Source: a virus
Length of the DNA stretch: 64,000 bases
Reading direction: 5' to 3' (one strand)
Virus record (IMG/VR): IMGVR_UViG_3300045988_109049
The notes below the pieces were generated by a model. That model did no database searches and was not told where the DNA came from. It saw only the letters and a list, made by a program, of their open reading frames with translations. The position numbers and the translations under genes were made by a program. Below, in pieces: positions 1 to 12,015 of the stretch (within the stretch, counting starts at the first letter, position 1; every line of letters begins with the position of its first letter).

Positions 1-2942
1 AGAGCCTTGCCATATATTCTATCAGCTGTAATCGTATTCTTCTCATTAAAAAACTCTCCAGCAAGAGATTCTATTCTCATCATTATTCTGCCAGTAGCTA
101 AATTAGATATACCAGAAAGAACATTAAGTGCTAGATTATTCATAGAAGTAACCTTATTTATGAAGTTAGCTACTTTGCCTTTGTCAATATTTGTTTTACC
201 AAATGTTCCTTCATCTGCCATATATTTTCCATACACTTGCATATTAAAGAAATCATTTAGTCTCTCTACAAATCTAGTTCCTTCTCCTTCTTTTGTCAAT
301 TTACTTTCGACTTTCCTACCTATTATTTTAAATTTCTCTATGAGTGGTTTACCACCTTGAGTCTGAACTACCTGTCTTTCCTTTAATAGATCCCTCCCTA
401 ATTCAAGTACATCAATAACTTTATTCATTTCATCAAAGTCATTAACCATTGCAGCATAAGCTGTAAGAGTACTTACGATATCAGTAGATAAATCATTTGC
501 ATCTTCTCCTTCCTTCAATTTAGTAAAGTAAATAGGAAGTACTTGTACCTCATTTCCCTCAAAGTCTTTTATGGTGGCTCTATCCCCAAAATCAACATCA
601 TCAGTTCTTCTAACAAACTCATCTTTAATACTTTCCCATATCTGTTTTACTCCAGACCTTACATTATTAGATGCTTTCACTCTTTCAAGTAAGTCTTTTC
701 TTATTTTAACAGCATTAGTAAGTGTAGTATATTTCTCTGGTAAGTACGAATCTAACTGAGACTTAATGTTCATTACAGTATCATAATATTCTTTCTGAGC
801 TTTATTCAATCTTTGATATTGTTTATTACCATAGATAGACATTCTAGGTACTTTCTTACCATTGACTATTTCCATATTAGCATCAAACCAAGCCTGTCTT
901 TCTCTTTTGTACTTCTCAGCATCTTCACCAATAGGGTTTTTCCCATACTTTTCATTAAGAGTTTTAAACATTTCCTTTAATTTCTCTTTGAATATAGCTT
1001 GATTGATTTCAGAGATATAATTACCACTTAAATTACCCTTGCTATCCCTCTCGAACATCCAATCAGTGTTCTTGATACCTGCCTTCTCAAGTTTAATAGT
1101 AGCAGCCTGTAACTGTTTCATTACATCAATAGTCCTGAACCTTGCTTGTTCTTTACTCTTCTTGACAGCTTGGTCCATTATTTTTAGAGCATAATCAGAG
1201 GAATCTGCCATACTATCAAGCCATCTATCGAAGAAAGAAATATCTTCATCAGCCATCTTTACTAGATCTTCAGCTTTAATAACTTTCCCCTTAAATTTAC
1301 CAAAAGGTATCATAATACTCTCTCCAATAAAGGGCTTAATGAAATCTATAAATAAAGGCATAGATACATCATTATACTTAACAAATAAGTCTCCAACTAG
1401 GATAGAAGCATTATCTAGTACTACTCTAACTCTCTGACCATATCTATTATCAGCATATCTCTCTTCATCTACTAATGCTTTTCTTATATCTTCTATAATG
1501 TTCTTATAAGAATACATGTAATTTCTTATATCTCTTAATACTGAAGCTCTCTCATTTACATTAGTTGCTGAGGTATCTCTTAACATCCCAAGTCTACTGC
1601 TTACTTTCTGTAGTTCTTCAAGAGCATTATTAAGAAAAGAATAAATTCCTTCAATTTCATTGTTATCATCTAGCTCCATTTCTAGTCTATCAATAAGGAG
1701 CCTTTGATTGGTACTAAACTGACTATTAGGATTTCTCTTTTCGTAAATCTTAAGTCTTTTAAGCTCATTATTAATAATATTCTGTAGTACTTTTCTATCT
1801 CTTTGAATTCTTTCATTGGTTTGATAGAATAGATCAGATGACTTGATATTATCTATACTTATCTCCTCATCCATTCTACCATTAAGGATATCCCTTGCTA
1901 ATCTACTAAAATCTTTATCTGCTTCATATATAGCTTTTTGTATCTGGTTGACATTTATGGTCTTGAAGAAGGATTTAATAGCTGAGATAACTCTCTCCAA
2001 TAAGTTCTTATAGGGTTTCTGTTCTATGGGTTCTGATTTTAACAAATGTTTTGCAAGTAATTTACCTGCTGCTTCCTTGGCTAATTTAGCAGTATCTCCA
2101 TTATAGAGTATATTATATGTATCATATTCATCACCAAGTATTTCATCTACGAGACCATTTGAATTTAGGTTATTGATTAATCTATTAATAATAGGAGACT
2201 CTCCCATAGCTTCAATAGCAAAGTGAGCAAACTCTTCAGGAAGAGCTTTCTCTCCTTCAATACCATTAGCCAACCTAATCATCTCTACTAATCCATTAGC
2301 TGCTGTTTTTGCTGTATCAAAATCAGTAACCCCATTAATACCCATTCTTTTCTCAAGATTTGTAAGAACTCCTGTTGTAACACCGTTAGCTGCTAGAATA
2401 TCTCTTAATCTATTATTGAGATTGGAATTGTATATCATTTTATCAGCTTCAATTGAATTGAGCCTATTTCTCTTTTCAACTTTTACTCCTATGAGTATTC
2501 TTGGTGATTCAGTATCTTGAATCTTAATGATTCTAGCTACATAATCATCTCTGAAATCTGAGGTTTGATTGAATGAGATTGCTTTCTGTAATAGTGTCTG
2601 ATAGTTCTCATCATTATTTATCCAAAGAGCGGGTCTATTCATTCCTCTCTTATAGTATCCAATATCTCTATTCAGCTTTTCAAGTACTTTAGACTCAGGA
2701 ATAACATCACTAAAATTAGTCTTTTTCAGCAAACTATTGATTGTGGGTTCATTGTTTTCATCTAATGTTAGCTTAGAATTCCAATTCTTAATAAATTCAC
2801 TACTCTTAGTAATTAAATAAAGTCTGGTAGCTTCTGATCTATTATTCCCAGTGTAGGCAAGCAAGCCCTTAAAGAGCTTGCTGTCTACTATCTGGCCTTT
2901 ATCATTTCTCACTTGAGGAATAATTGCACAATTTCTTGACAT
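1..2942 (-). CDS. Large virion-associated/ejected-type protein, N-terminal ~980 aa (gene runs off the window start)
   Basis: Not in the ORF track because it is open at the window edge. Hand translation from ATG 2942..2940 (MSRNCAIIPQVRNDKGQIVDSKLFKGLLAYTGNN...) stays open to position 1. No other minus-strand ORF >=60 aa is listed for 1-2948. Lies directly downstream of the giant RNAP gene. Confidence 0.6.
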   Translation of the reverse strand, partial: MSRNCAIIPQVRNDKGQIVDSKLFKGLLAYTGNNRSEATRLYLITKSSEFIKNWNSKLTLDENNEPTINSLLKKTNFSDVIPESKVLEKLNRDIGYYKRGMNRPALWINNDENYQTLLQKAISFNQTSDFRDDYVARIIKIQDTESPRILIGVKVEKRNRLNSIEADKMIYNSNLNNRLRDILAANGVTTGVLTNLEKRMGINGVTDFDTAKTAANGLVEMIRLANGIEGEKALPEEFAHFAIEAMGESPIINRLINNLNSNGLVDEILGDEYDTYNILYNGDTAKLAKEAAGKLLAKHLLKSEPIEQKPYKNLLERVISAIKSFFKTINVNQIQKAIYEADKDFSRLARDILNGRMDEEISIDNIKSSDLFYQTNERIQRDRKVLQNIINNELKRLKIYEKRNPNSQFSTNQRLLIDRLEMELDDNNEIEGIYSFLNNALEELQKVSSRLGMLRDTSATNVNERASVLRDIRNYMYSYKNIIEDIRKALVDEERYADNRYGQRVRVVLDNASILVGDLFVKYNDVSMPLFIDFIKPFIGESIMIPFGKFKGKVIKAEDLVKMADEDISFFDRWLDSMADSSDYALKIMDQAVKKSKEQARFRTIDVMKQLQAATIKLEKAGIKNTDWMFERDSKGNLSGNYISEINQAIFKEKLKEMFKTLNEKYGKNPIGEDAEKYKRERQAWFDANMEIVNGKKVPRMSIYGNKQYQRLNKAQKEYYDTVMNIKSQLDSYLPEKYTTLTNAVKIRKDLLERVKASNNVRSGVKQIWESIKDEFVRRTDDVDFGDRATIKDFEGNEVQVLPIYFTKLKEGEDANDLSTDIVSTLTAYAAMVNDFDEMNKVIDVLELGRDLLKERQVVQTQGGKPLIEKFKIIGRKVESKLTKEGEGTRFVERLNDFFNMQVYGKYMADEGTFGKTNIDKGKVANFINKVTSMNNLALNVLSGISNLATGRIMMRIESLAGEFFNEKNTITADRIYGKA

Positions 2943-2948
2943 ATCTTA

Positions 2949-5803
2949 TTAACTTAATAAATTTGTTGCACCACAAATACTGTCACCATTTTCATCTCTA
3001 TAATCTACATTAGGCTGAATAGACGTTACATCATTTTCTGAACCTGAGGGAATTTCAAGGGAAGAGCCATATATATCTTCATAAGCCTGTCTTAATGCAT
3101 CCTCACTAAAGGCCTCTCTGTACATTTCAGAATAAGCCAAATCCTCTTCTGTCATTTGAGGAGTTTCATAAGAAGTAACTGCTTCATCAATAACAGCATT
3201 AGGATTATAACCTTTCTTGTTCTTATCAATTACAGAAGTCATTTCACTTGCTTCCTTACCATACTCATATTCAATAAAGCTATTCTTGAATCCAAGTGGC
3301 TCAATCCTTCTATAGACGGCTACATTAGACTCTTCAACTCTATCTGCAGTTAATCTGTAATAAATATAGTTACCTTTGTTTCTTCTTGCAATGAAATCAA
3401 AGAAGTCATATACAGGACCATCAGGAGTATCTATTCTCTTCTTGATGATTTTTTTATCCCCAAAATTAGCATTTTCATCTATTACAAATGTAACTTCATC
3501 CTTAATCTCATTGTCTTCACCTATAAATGAAGTTGAGGTATCATCGGGAACTTCAGGAACAAGCTTTCTATTATCAAGGTGATTATAGATATACTGTTCA
3601 ACAAAGTTACTATAATCATCCTCAGATGTAAGGAGACTTCTCAGTGTTTCAATGTACTCTGGAACTGCATTTCTTACAGCTACAGGAGCCAAGTGAATAA
3701 ATGTGGAAGGACCAAATGCAAAGCCATTTCTGTAGAAGCTGTATCTGAATAAGTTAAGAGCAAGCTTTTGAGCTTCTGGGTTACTCATATATAATAGAGA
3801 AGTCCAGTCTCTCATATATCTTTCTCTTAGAGTGGGACTCAATTGACCAACATTCTTAAACACCACAGTGTCCACAGGATTTGTATCATTTGCCCTTATC
3901 ACTCTAAGTCTCTTAATAAACTCAAGGTCAGCTATATCCTCATTCTCTGCAACCACTTTCTTGAAGTAAGTTGGGAAATTATTGATGAAGTCCCTTCTCT
4001 TGTCAGCAGATGTAATCATCTTTGTAGGATTACCATTCTCATCTACTGAACTCCAATCAGGTTCTGCACCAAAGAAATCTGTCTTAGACATTATATAAGC
4101 AAGCAAATCATTGTGAATACTATTCATAGTCTTCACATTTAATCTACCTGTCTTTGTCATGTTTCTAAGAACATCAACTACCTCATCAAATGACTCAGTG
4201 AATTGAGGGAAATACTTGCTTAACATTCTCTCTGATTGCTTCAATCCAAGTGTGTAGAATGCCTGTAAGAAAGGCAATTTACTTGCAAGCAATTGCTCTC
4301 TTATGTTGTCAATGTCATCATTAAGAGAAATACTGTCACTGATTACACCTGCTCCTACGAGTGGAAACTTATCATTCTCCTCTATATCTTTCAAGAAGTC
4401 TTGGACCTTTTGGATTTTGAGTTTTGTATCAGCAATAGTTGGACCTGCTGCACCACCTTGAGTATCAGACCTTGTAGCTTGTACAAGTTTACCAAGACTA
4501 TCGGCAGTTCTCATGATTCTCTTAAATAGGAATCCTACAGCAACTTGCTTCTTATAGAATTCAACCTTGCTGTAATCAGAAGTCTGATTAGCACTTATGA
4601 TACCTGTCATTTCTTTTGCAATAAGAATGTTGTTCGCAAGGTCCTCAATTAAGAAATCATTGCTCTTATAATTATCATAAGTAATCTCTTCCATCATTGC
4701 AGCCTTCTTTTTGTATTCTACAAGAACTTCATCAATCACAGTGTCCTTATTTTTGCCTTCTCTACTCTCCCTAAAATAAGTCTGGGTAATATCCATAACA
4801 ATAGGTTGTGTCATAAGCAAACCTATCTCAATAGGGTTATAACCTAGTCTTGAAAGAAGCATAGAAGCATCAGCAGTGAATGTATTTTGGTTAATACCAG
4901 CCAACACAGGATCTTTCACATTATCCACAGATGCAGCCAAGAAACCTGCATTATTCTTTGATATAAACTCTTTGTCTTCATTCATAATGTTATGTAAAGA
5001 AATAAGTCTCTTCCCATTCAATATAAATGAGCCATTCTCTACATCAAGGCCTAATTCAGTATGTTGCATTAAAGCATGATTAGCATTATGATTTGCATAT
5101 ATACCTATCAGTTTTGCACCAGTCATATTCTGTTGATGAAGTTGTACTTGAGTTCTTGGAGAAATAGGGTCAAGTCTTTTCTTAGTTTTTTCAGTAAGCC
5201 TATCAAGTTCTTTTAAATCCATTGAAAGTAACTTAGTAATAATCGAGCCATCAGAAATATTTAAGTCTCTTTTTAAATCTGATTCATAGCTCGAACTAAG
5301 AATACTAATAATTCTTGCAGCTTTCTTTTGATAATCAAAACCACCTGGGTTAAGAATCTTAGAGGCTGTATCTGTATTCGTTAGAACTCCCCACATCATA
5401 TCTATCATCAAGTTGTTTCTTGCTTCAAGACTATTTTCTTGTGGAGTTTTATTAAAGTCATACTTTACTTTTCTAATCTTGTATGTATCAAGTCTGTACT
5501 TTTCCTTGTTTTCTTCAAACCATTTCTTAAACTCTACAGGTGCATTTGCAAAGTCCTCTAATAGATTTCCTGCCCTAAATAAGGTAGCTAATTCATCAAG
5601 TATTTTTTGCTCACCTTTGAAATCCTGCTTTGCTCTTCTGAAGTCAAACTTATCTACCTTGAATTCAGGAAGCATAATATACATCTTATCCACATCAAAG
5701 TCAGAACCTGACAGAGTGGTAATCTCAGCAGGAAGCATAATTGCAGAACCATTCTGTTGAGGTAAGAATCCCTTGATATACAGAGGAGCCATTGAATACT
5801 TAT
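2949..5803 (-). CDS. Giant virion-type RNA polymerase, exon 2 (C-terminal ~950 aa, carries the DxDxD metal-binding motif)
   Basis: SGSDFDVDKMY (about 5688-5702) matches the beta-prime NADFDGD-type catalytic loop. The size and position fit the crAss-like single-chain RNAP. The 5' limit is set at the inferred 3' splice site, not at the GTG at 5870 used by the ORF track. Confidence 0.65.
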
Positions 5804-6713
5804 CTTCAGTTGGTTGTTTTGTTATCTTACAGATGTTTATTCTGTAATTCTTTATGTTTCCATAAAGCACGGACTATATCTTCATCCTATAAGGATGTTG
5901 GGCACTCGTGGGTATATTATATTCTATTTTCATAGTTTCAATACCTAGTCTCTGAACCTTTTATAACCATTTAAGTTATAACTTGGCTGCTGATTGTCCC
6001 TACTTATTGAATTGTCACACACTTGCATATTCCCAGTAATAACCATATCTTTTCTGATGAGTTTTAATACCACTAATTATGTTAGCATCTTTCCTAATAT
6101 TTCCTAATTGTCTGGCAGCTTCTCTAATAGATTGGTAAGTATTTATAATATTACCATCATTATCTATTTGATTAATCTGTCTTTTATTAGGATTAGATTC
6201 TCTAAGTTTTAATCCTATTTTAACTGCTTTATTTCCATAACAGTTATTATAAGACTTAGTACACCATTCAAGATTTTCTACAGAATTATTAGTCTTATTT
6301 TCATCTTTGTGGTTTATACATTCCAAATTGTTAGGATTTGGAATAAAAGTATCAGCTACTATTCTATGTACTGCAATAGTTCTTTTCTTGTTAGTGTCAT
6401 CGTATAATTTCACTATAGGATAGCCACTACTATCAAGTACTGAGGATAAAGGTTTCAAAATGTTACCTTGCCTATAACTAAATACTTTACCACTTTTAGT
6501 TACTTTATAGCTTGGATATTCTCCAAATCTACTTTTAATATTAAATAGTTCTTCTTCCATATAATGTTTTTGTATAGATTTATATGTGCAAAGATACTAT
6601 AAATATTTGAATTATGCAAATTTTGTATCAATAATCTAACAGGATGTTCCAGCAATTCACCCAATTTATTATTCTTTAGTATTACTACTAAAGCGAGTCC
6701 CAATCTTTCGATT
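5804..6713 (-). mobile_element. Group I intron splitting the RNAP gene (boundaries +/- ~10 nt)
   Basis: Minus-strand core elements: P gaattgctggaaca (6645-6658), Q aatcagcagccaag (5982-5995), R ggttcagagacta (5946-5958), S agatatagtcc (5871-5881). These are followed by a GAAA-tetraloop hairpin (5850-5867) and a second hairpin (5827-5847). Contains an HNH ORF. Confidence 0.8.
6015..6560 (-). CDS. Intron-encoded HNH homing endonuclease
   Basis: INHKDENKTNNSVENLEWCTKSYNN is an HNH_3-type motif. The C-terminal IREAARQLG segment looks like a NUMOD/IENR-type DNA-binding repeat. The ORF lies between the P and Q elements of the intron. Confidence 0.75.
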   Translation of the reverse strand: MEEELFNIKSRFGEYPSYKVTKSGKVFSYRQGNILKPLSSVLDSSGYPIVKLYDDTNKKRTIAVHRIVADTFIPNPNNLECINHKDENKTNNSVENLEWCTKSYNNCYGNKAVKIGLKLRESNPNKRQINQIDNDGNIINTYQSIREAARQLGNIRKDANIISGIKTHQKRYGYYWEYASV

Positions 6714-9700
6714 AAACTCTATAACCAATCAACTTTCTAAGGTCTTCAGGCAACTTGTTGATGTCAAGTTCATGAGTCCCTTCCTTCATAAGAGGTTCAT
6801 AGAATTCTCTTGAATAAGCAGGCATATAACATTCGAGATATTTGATTCTCTTGTTCTCACCTTCTCCTTCAAATACCACATGAAGCTCATCAGTCAAGCC
6901 ATAATCAGATACCTGAATTAATGCTCCACCTCTAATCTTCTGCTTGGTAATTCTGCTCTTGATGATACTATTAAGAAGAGTCTGTACTCTTTGAGATTGT
7001 ACAGGATCAAATAATGGAATATTGAACTGACCATTCTCATTAAGGGTACAGGCTCTGACCATATCAATTCCATATCTCTGATTACCTCTAATCTCTTCAA
7101 GTAGTGCCTCCTCTATCTTCTTAGGGTCTTTGAATATATCATTCACATTCTTGAATGCTTGCAAGATATTCTCAGTATTGATTGCATTATACAGGTCCAG
7201 CCATTCCTGCTTGGTCATTTTCTTACCATCAACCTCAATAATAGCATCTGATGCAATATCAGCAGTAATCAACTTTCTAATCTGAGTACCTACAAGCTGC
7301 ACAGCATCAATAGCATGTTCAGGAGTTGCAGTCTGAATACCATAATCTTCATAGCTTATTTTATGTACTACATTAGGATTCTCAATACCATTAGGCATAG
7401 TAGTATTCTTCAATACCTCCTTTACTTGCCTGAAGTCACTAACCTCGTTAAGGTCAATAACACCTTGCTTCCCGACTTTAGTAGTAGATTCAAATTGAAC
7501 TACATCAATATTGTTCTCTTCCATGAATTCATTAATAGCTTTAAGCTTGCTTGATTTACTAAGTGGACCAGCTATTAACTCATGCATGGCAAGTAATAAG
7601 AATTCAGAGTTCTTATGCTGTACAGGAGTCTTAATACCAGTATGACCTTCTACACCACTCATGTTGCTAATTTGGGTATATACATAAGGTTTCTTAGTCT
7701 GCCAGATGATATTAAAGTCAGCAATGTTCCAAGTACCATTTTTGAAATTATTATATGCCTGCTCCATCTCATCTGTCCATTGGCCAGACATACCAAGTAT
7801 TGCTCTATAGGAGCTTAAACTTCTATAAGCCTGTGCATCTGCAACATTAACTGCCTTAAACTTGTTAATAATATTATCTCTATCCATCTTGGGCATTTCA
7901 CCTTTCTTAACTCTCTCATCAAGAACTGTTTCAATATCACTCAGTACTGAAGATACAACCTCATCATCCTTCAAGTAGATAGTTCTTTCCCAATCTCTAC
8001 CAATTCTTTCTCCCTTATAAGTAGCTTTGGTATTCATTCTAAGAGCTGGGGCATGAACCTCCTTATATCTCTTCTGAAAGTCCTCTACATTCTTATAGAA
8101 AGCTAAGTCGGTAGTAGTTAACTCAATAATTTGAGAAGTAGCTAATTTACTATTCCAGTAATACTCTCTTAATGCAGCTTTTGTATTATTCTTTACTATA
8201 AGGTTTTTGTTAATACTATCTGCTTCTTGTTTAGTAATATCTCCTCTTATAGACTTCTGATTTATTAAGTCTTTAATTTGTTGGAACAAATCTGTAGCAA
8301 CTCTATCATCTACTGGATTATTGTTGTTATAATCTTTCAATAACAACTCCATATCAGTAGTCCATAAAGTAGTACCAAGGATTTCTTTAGCTTTGATAAG
8401 AGACTTTGCAGTTCTTGAGTTCTGCTGTGATTGACCTGCAAAAGGTAAGTACTTATACTTTCCATTTGGTAACTCATCAAATAAACCAATTCTTGCCCAG
8501 TCTCTATATGCCTCTTCAAAGCCATTATCCATAACTTCTCTAAGAGTATCTCTAATGAATTCCTTTAACTCAGCACCACTGCCTTCCCTGCTCAATCTAC
8601 TCAATCTGTCAAGGAATGTTTCTCCATTATTATATCTAATGGAATTAAGTGCAGGTAAGAACTTAAACTCAGCTCCCCCTATACTCTTAATACTTCCATC
8701 CTTCTTCCTGGAAATATCATAGTTTGCTATAGGGGAGATGTTTGGATTATTATTCTGAAATTCCTCATCTCTTGCTCTGACAAGCATTATTCTGTCATAT
8801 TCTTGATTGACTAAATCAGTTAGTTTATCAAGGATAATATCATCATAAGTCAGCTTGTTCCCATTCTCATCATATTCAACTCCACTTACATACTTTCTGA
8901 ATCTAATGAATTCGGCAGAAGGAGAGTCTGAAAGAATAGGAACATGATACCAGGCCCACTTTACACTTGTTCTGCTGTCCTCTGGATCTCCCCAATATTC
9001 AGTAAGTAATGCTAAAGTATAGTCTAAGTCATCCCAATTAGTATAATCCACTTTATCAGAGTTCAATACTACTTTATGATTTAGGCCTCTTCTCATTTCC
9101 TCAGAGTTAACCAGTTGCTCTAACCAGTCACTTCTCCATCTCCCATCTTTAAAGAACCACTCATATTGCTTAAACTCAGTATTAATAAATTCTTCAAATC
9201 TCTTCCTATCTCCTCTTACATTCTTAAGCTGTTTAATTAACTTTCCAAGATAATTTGGGGTGACATGAGAGTAATAAGACTTATCATTCTCTCTAACACT
9301 ACTTTCAATAGCATCTTCAGTTACATTAGCCATCATATTTGCAATTGCACTATAAGCTGAACCAAATGTATTGATTAAGTCTCCTCTCTTCTCTATTCCA
9401 TCTTCTCCTGTTTCTGACTTTATTTCCCCCTTCTTGATTCCTTTGAATATAATATTCAATTGAGGTAGTAGGACCATAATAGGGTCAGTAAACTTAGCTG
9501 TATCAGAAGTTCTAATATCAGTTAGTGCATTTCTTAATATAGAGGGATTGGCATCAATACCAATCATATTCAACAGCTTTAGTATAGTTTTCCAGATCCT
9601 ATCATCCTCAAGAAGTTCTAATCTTGCTTCAGTATCCAAATTAGAGAATTTATTGTTTAGAGTTTCAACCCACTTAAGACCTTTTTCAGCATTTTCAATA

Positions 9701-11064
9701 TTTATGTCCCCATTCTTCTCATATACACTATCATTATCAAGTTGCATACCATTCTCATAGTTATCTCTCCAAGCATCAAGAAGGTAATATACACCTTCAG
9801 GCTTGTTAATAGCAATGGTTTGCATCTTGAATGTACCATCAAGCATCGTCTTTTTCTTCTGGATCCAATAGGGTATAAAATCCTTTCTAAAATCTTGATA
9901 GAACTGAGAAAATAGAGTATCATCTTTCTCAAGCAATTCTCTTACTTGAGCCACCCAGGGTTTATTCCTTTCAAGCTCCTGTATAAGAGGAATCATATCT
10001 TCAGAAGTAATCATATCTCTCAATTTATCAATAAGAGTTGCATGAACATAATCAGCATCTAAATACCTTAGATTACCCAAATCATCTTCCTCATACATTC
10101 CTTCATAGTCAAGCCTGGGTATTTCCCTAATAACTTTTCTAACTGCTTGAGATGATAATTCATGGGAACTAACTTGTCTAAAGTTAGTCATCCAGCCATC
10201 TTTAAAAGTCTCTTCCTTATTATAATCATCAGCTTGCTCATCAAGCTCACTGTATCCTTCAGGAGTATCATCATTTAAGTTAGCATCTTTAGGAGCAATA
10301 TAGTTCAAGTCAATTCTAACTCCTTCTGTCATTATGAGTAATGTGCTAGCTTCTTCTGCCAAAGGTTTAAAGTTATCAACAACTTTTCTATAAGCTTGTT
10401 CCTTATATACAGCTTTTCTTCTTGCAGCATCCAATTTTTGTTCATCAGAGAATCTTTCAGATTCATCTATAACACCCTCATCAATTAATGTCTGCTCTCT
10501 TGCATTTATTGCCCCAAGTTCAATTTGTACTCTATTCTCTTCTGTATCGTTGATATAGGATTGAAATATATCCAATACTCTATCAAATAATCCAGCAGGG
10601 GTGTATTTCTTTATGGCATCAAATCTATTAAGGGAGCTTAACTCCATCTGTAATTGTAATCTTTCTTCATCAGAAGCTGTATCCATTCTCTTATTAAGAG
10701 AATCATTCATTTCCTGTAGTGCTTTATCTACCTCATTACTAAAGAACCTTGCAATAAGACTTACTCTATCTCTTCTTGTTCTTGGATCAAAGTCTAAATC
10801 AACCTTAGCTTGTTCTTCAATAGAAGAGACCTTAGGAGCATCAAATGAAGGAGATAATGCTTCATCGAGCATCTCTACTGTATTTGCACTTCTTAGTTTA
10901 AATCTAAAATTATTAAGTTCTCTTACAGTAGGATACTCTTCAATAGATTTATTATTCTCTTTTTGCCACAAAGCTACAAGACCCTTTACAGATTCCTCTG
11001 TTTCATCTTGTAACTCCTTAGTTAGGTACCTAATCTCTTCAGTTGTTACTAAACAATTATTCAT
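6714..11064 (-). CDS. Giant virion-type RNA polymerase, exon 1 (N-terminal ~1450 aa)
   Basis: A 1450-aa ORF that ends in a stop immediately at the start of the intron sequence. It continues in frame with exon 2 after intron removal. Confidence 0.65.
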
Positions 11065-11092
11065 ATAATATACTTGTTAAATAAAACAATAG

Positions 11093-11124
11093 CAAAGGTA
11101 AGTATTTATCCTTAATAAACCAAG
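11093..11124 (-). promoter_or_regulatory. Candidate Bacteroidota-type promoter upstream of the RNAP gene
   Basis: Minus strand reads cTTGg, a 19-nt spacer, then TAccTTTG (-7 box TAnnTTTG at 11093-11100), about 28 nt upstream of the ATG at 11064. The -33 box is imperfect. Confidence 0.3.
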
Positions 11125-11287
11125 ATATTAAGTGTGAAAGTTACCATCAATTAATTTGATTACTAATTACAGTATGAAGAAATAAGAGGTTAATTTATAT
11201 ATTTACATCTAACCCCTTTAAGATGTTTATATTAATTTACTTTATCAGAATAAAGTAGCCTTTTGAATTCTTCCTTGACCTTAAGAA

Positions 11288-11333
11288 GAAAAAAAAATTA
11301 CTAAGGGAGTAACAAGATCTCTCCGTTACTCCC
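11288..11333 (-). terminator. Candidate intrinsic terminator after gene 11377-12003
   Basis: Stem gggagtaac/gttactccc (11305-11313 and 11325-11333), followed on the minus strand by a T9 run after a 7-nt gap. Confidence 0.4.
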
Positions 11334-11376
11334 ATTTGAAAATTTTCTAATATTGTCAGGAAGAGATGTAAATAGA

Positions 11377-12003
11377 TTACTCTACTACATATTTTACTCC
11401 ATTATAAATAAGATGTGAAATCGTATTTATATTTACATATCTTTCTCCAGTCTCTTTTTCTGTTCTTTTGATGTCCATATCCATACATTTATATTTACCA
11501 TCTCTAGAAACAAACTGCATCTTGTAACCTCTTAGTACTCTATCCTCTCCTTCAATATAATCCTTTACAGGATTGTTTTGAATGAATTCTAGAGCTTCCT
11601 TATAGGCTGTAGCCATAGACTTCTTTTGTCTTTTAGCTTTATCTATTAATGCAATAGCCTCAGCTCTTTGAGATTCTCTCTCAGACTCAAACTGTTTCTT
11701 AGTCTTAGCCTTGTCTTGTTTCTTGAAGACCACAGTGAATACCTCAGAGGACTTAATACCTTCAAAGATAGTTCTTATGCCCGGAGTACCATCTTTCTTA
11801 TCTTCCTTAGTAACCTTTACTTCTTTTTCATACTGGTCAGAAGTATTGAGCATATTATGAATATACTCATTGCTCAGACTTACAGTCTTACCACTCTCAA
11901 GATGTTCAAATACAACACTATCCTTCTTTATTTCTTTTACAATGTAATGGGACTCTTCTGAGAAGACGTCACCTACTTCAATTTCTGTAAGATTTACTTT
12001 CAT
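11377..12003 (-). CDS. Hypothetical protein
   Basis: ORF track. Tightly packed downstream of the vWA gene. Lys/Glu-rich middle segment. Confidence 0.5.
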   Translation of the reverse strand: MKVNLTEIEVGDVFSEESHYIVKEIKKDSVVFEHLESGKTVSLSNEYIHNMLNTSDQYEKEVKVTKEDKKDGTPGIRTIFEGIKSSEVFTVVFKKQDKAKTKKQFESERESQRAEAIALIDKAKRQKKSMATAYKEALEFIQNNPVKDYIEGEDRVLRGYKMQFVSRDGKYKCMDMDIKRTEKETGERYVNINTISHLIYNGVKYVVE

Positions 12004-12015
12004 GCTTTTATTATT

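Noticed and set aside
3156-5760. Six plus-strand ORFs of 65-115 aa (3156-3353, 3376-3582, 3843-4049, 4293-4529, 4876-5079, 5413-5760) inside RNAP exon 2
   Set aside because: They are antisense to a long motif-bearing gene. Their low-complexity Ser/Leu/Phe/Ile-rich translations are typical of the complementary strand of AT-rich coding DNA.
6500-6703. 67-aa minus-strand ORF at the 5' end of the RNAP intron
   Set aside because: It overlaps the HNH ORF start and spans the intron P element and 5' structured region. It is most likely non-coding ribozyme sequence.
10601-11068. 155-aa plus-strand ORF
   Set aside because: It is antisense to RNAP exon 1, has extreme Ser/Leu content, and its stop coincides with the RNAP start region.
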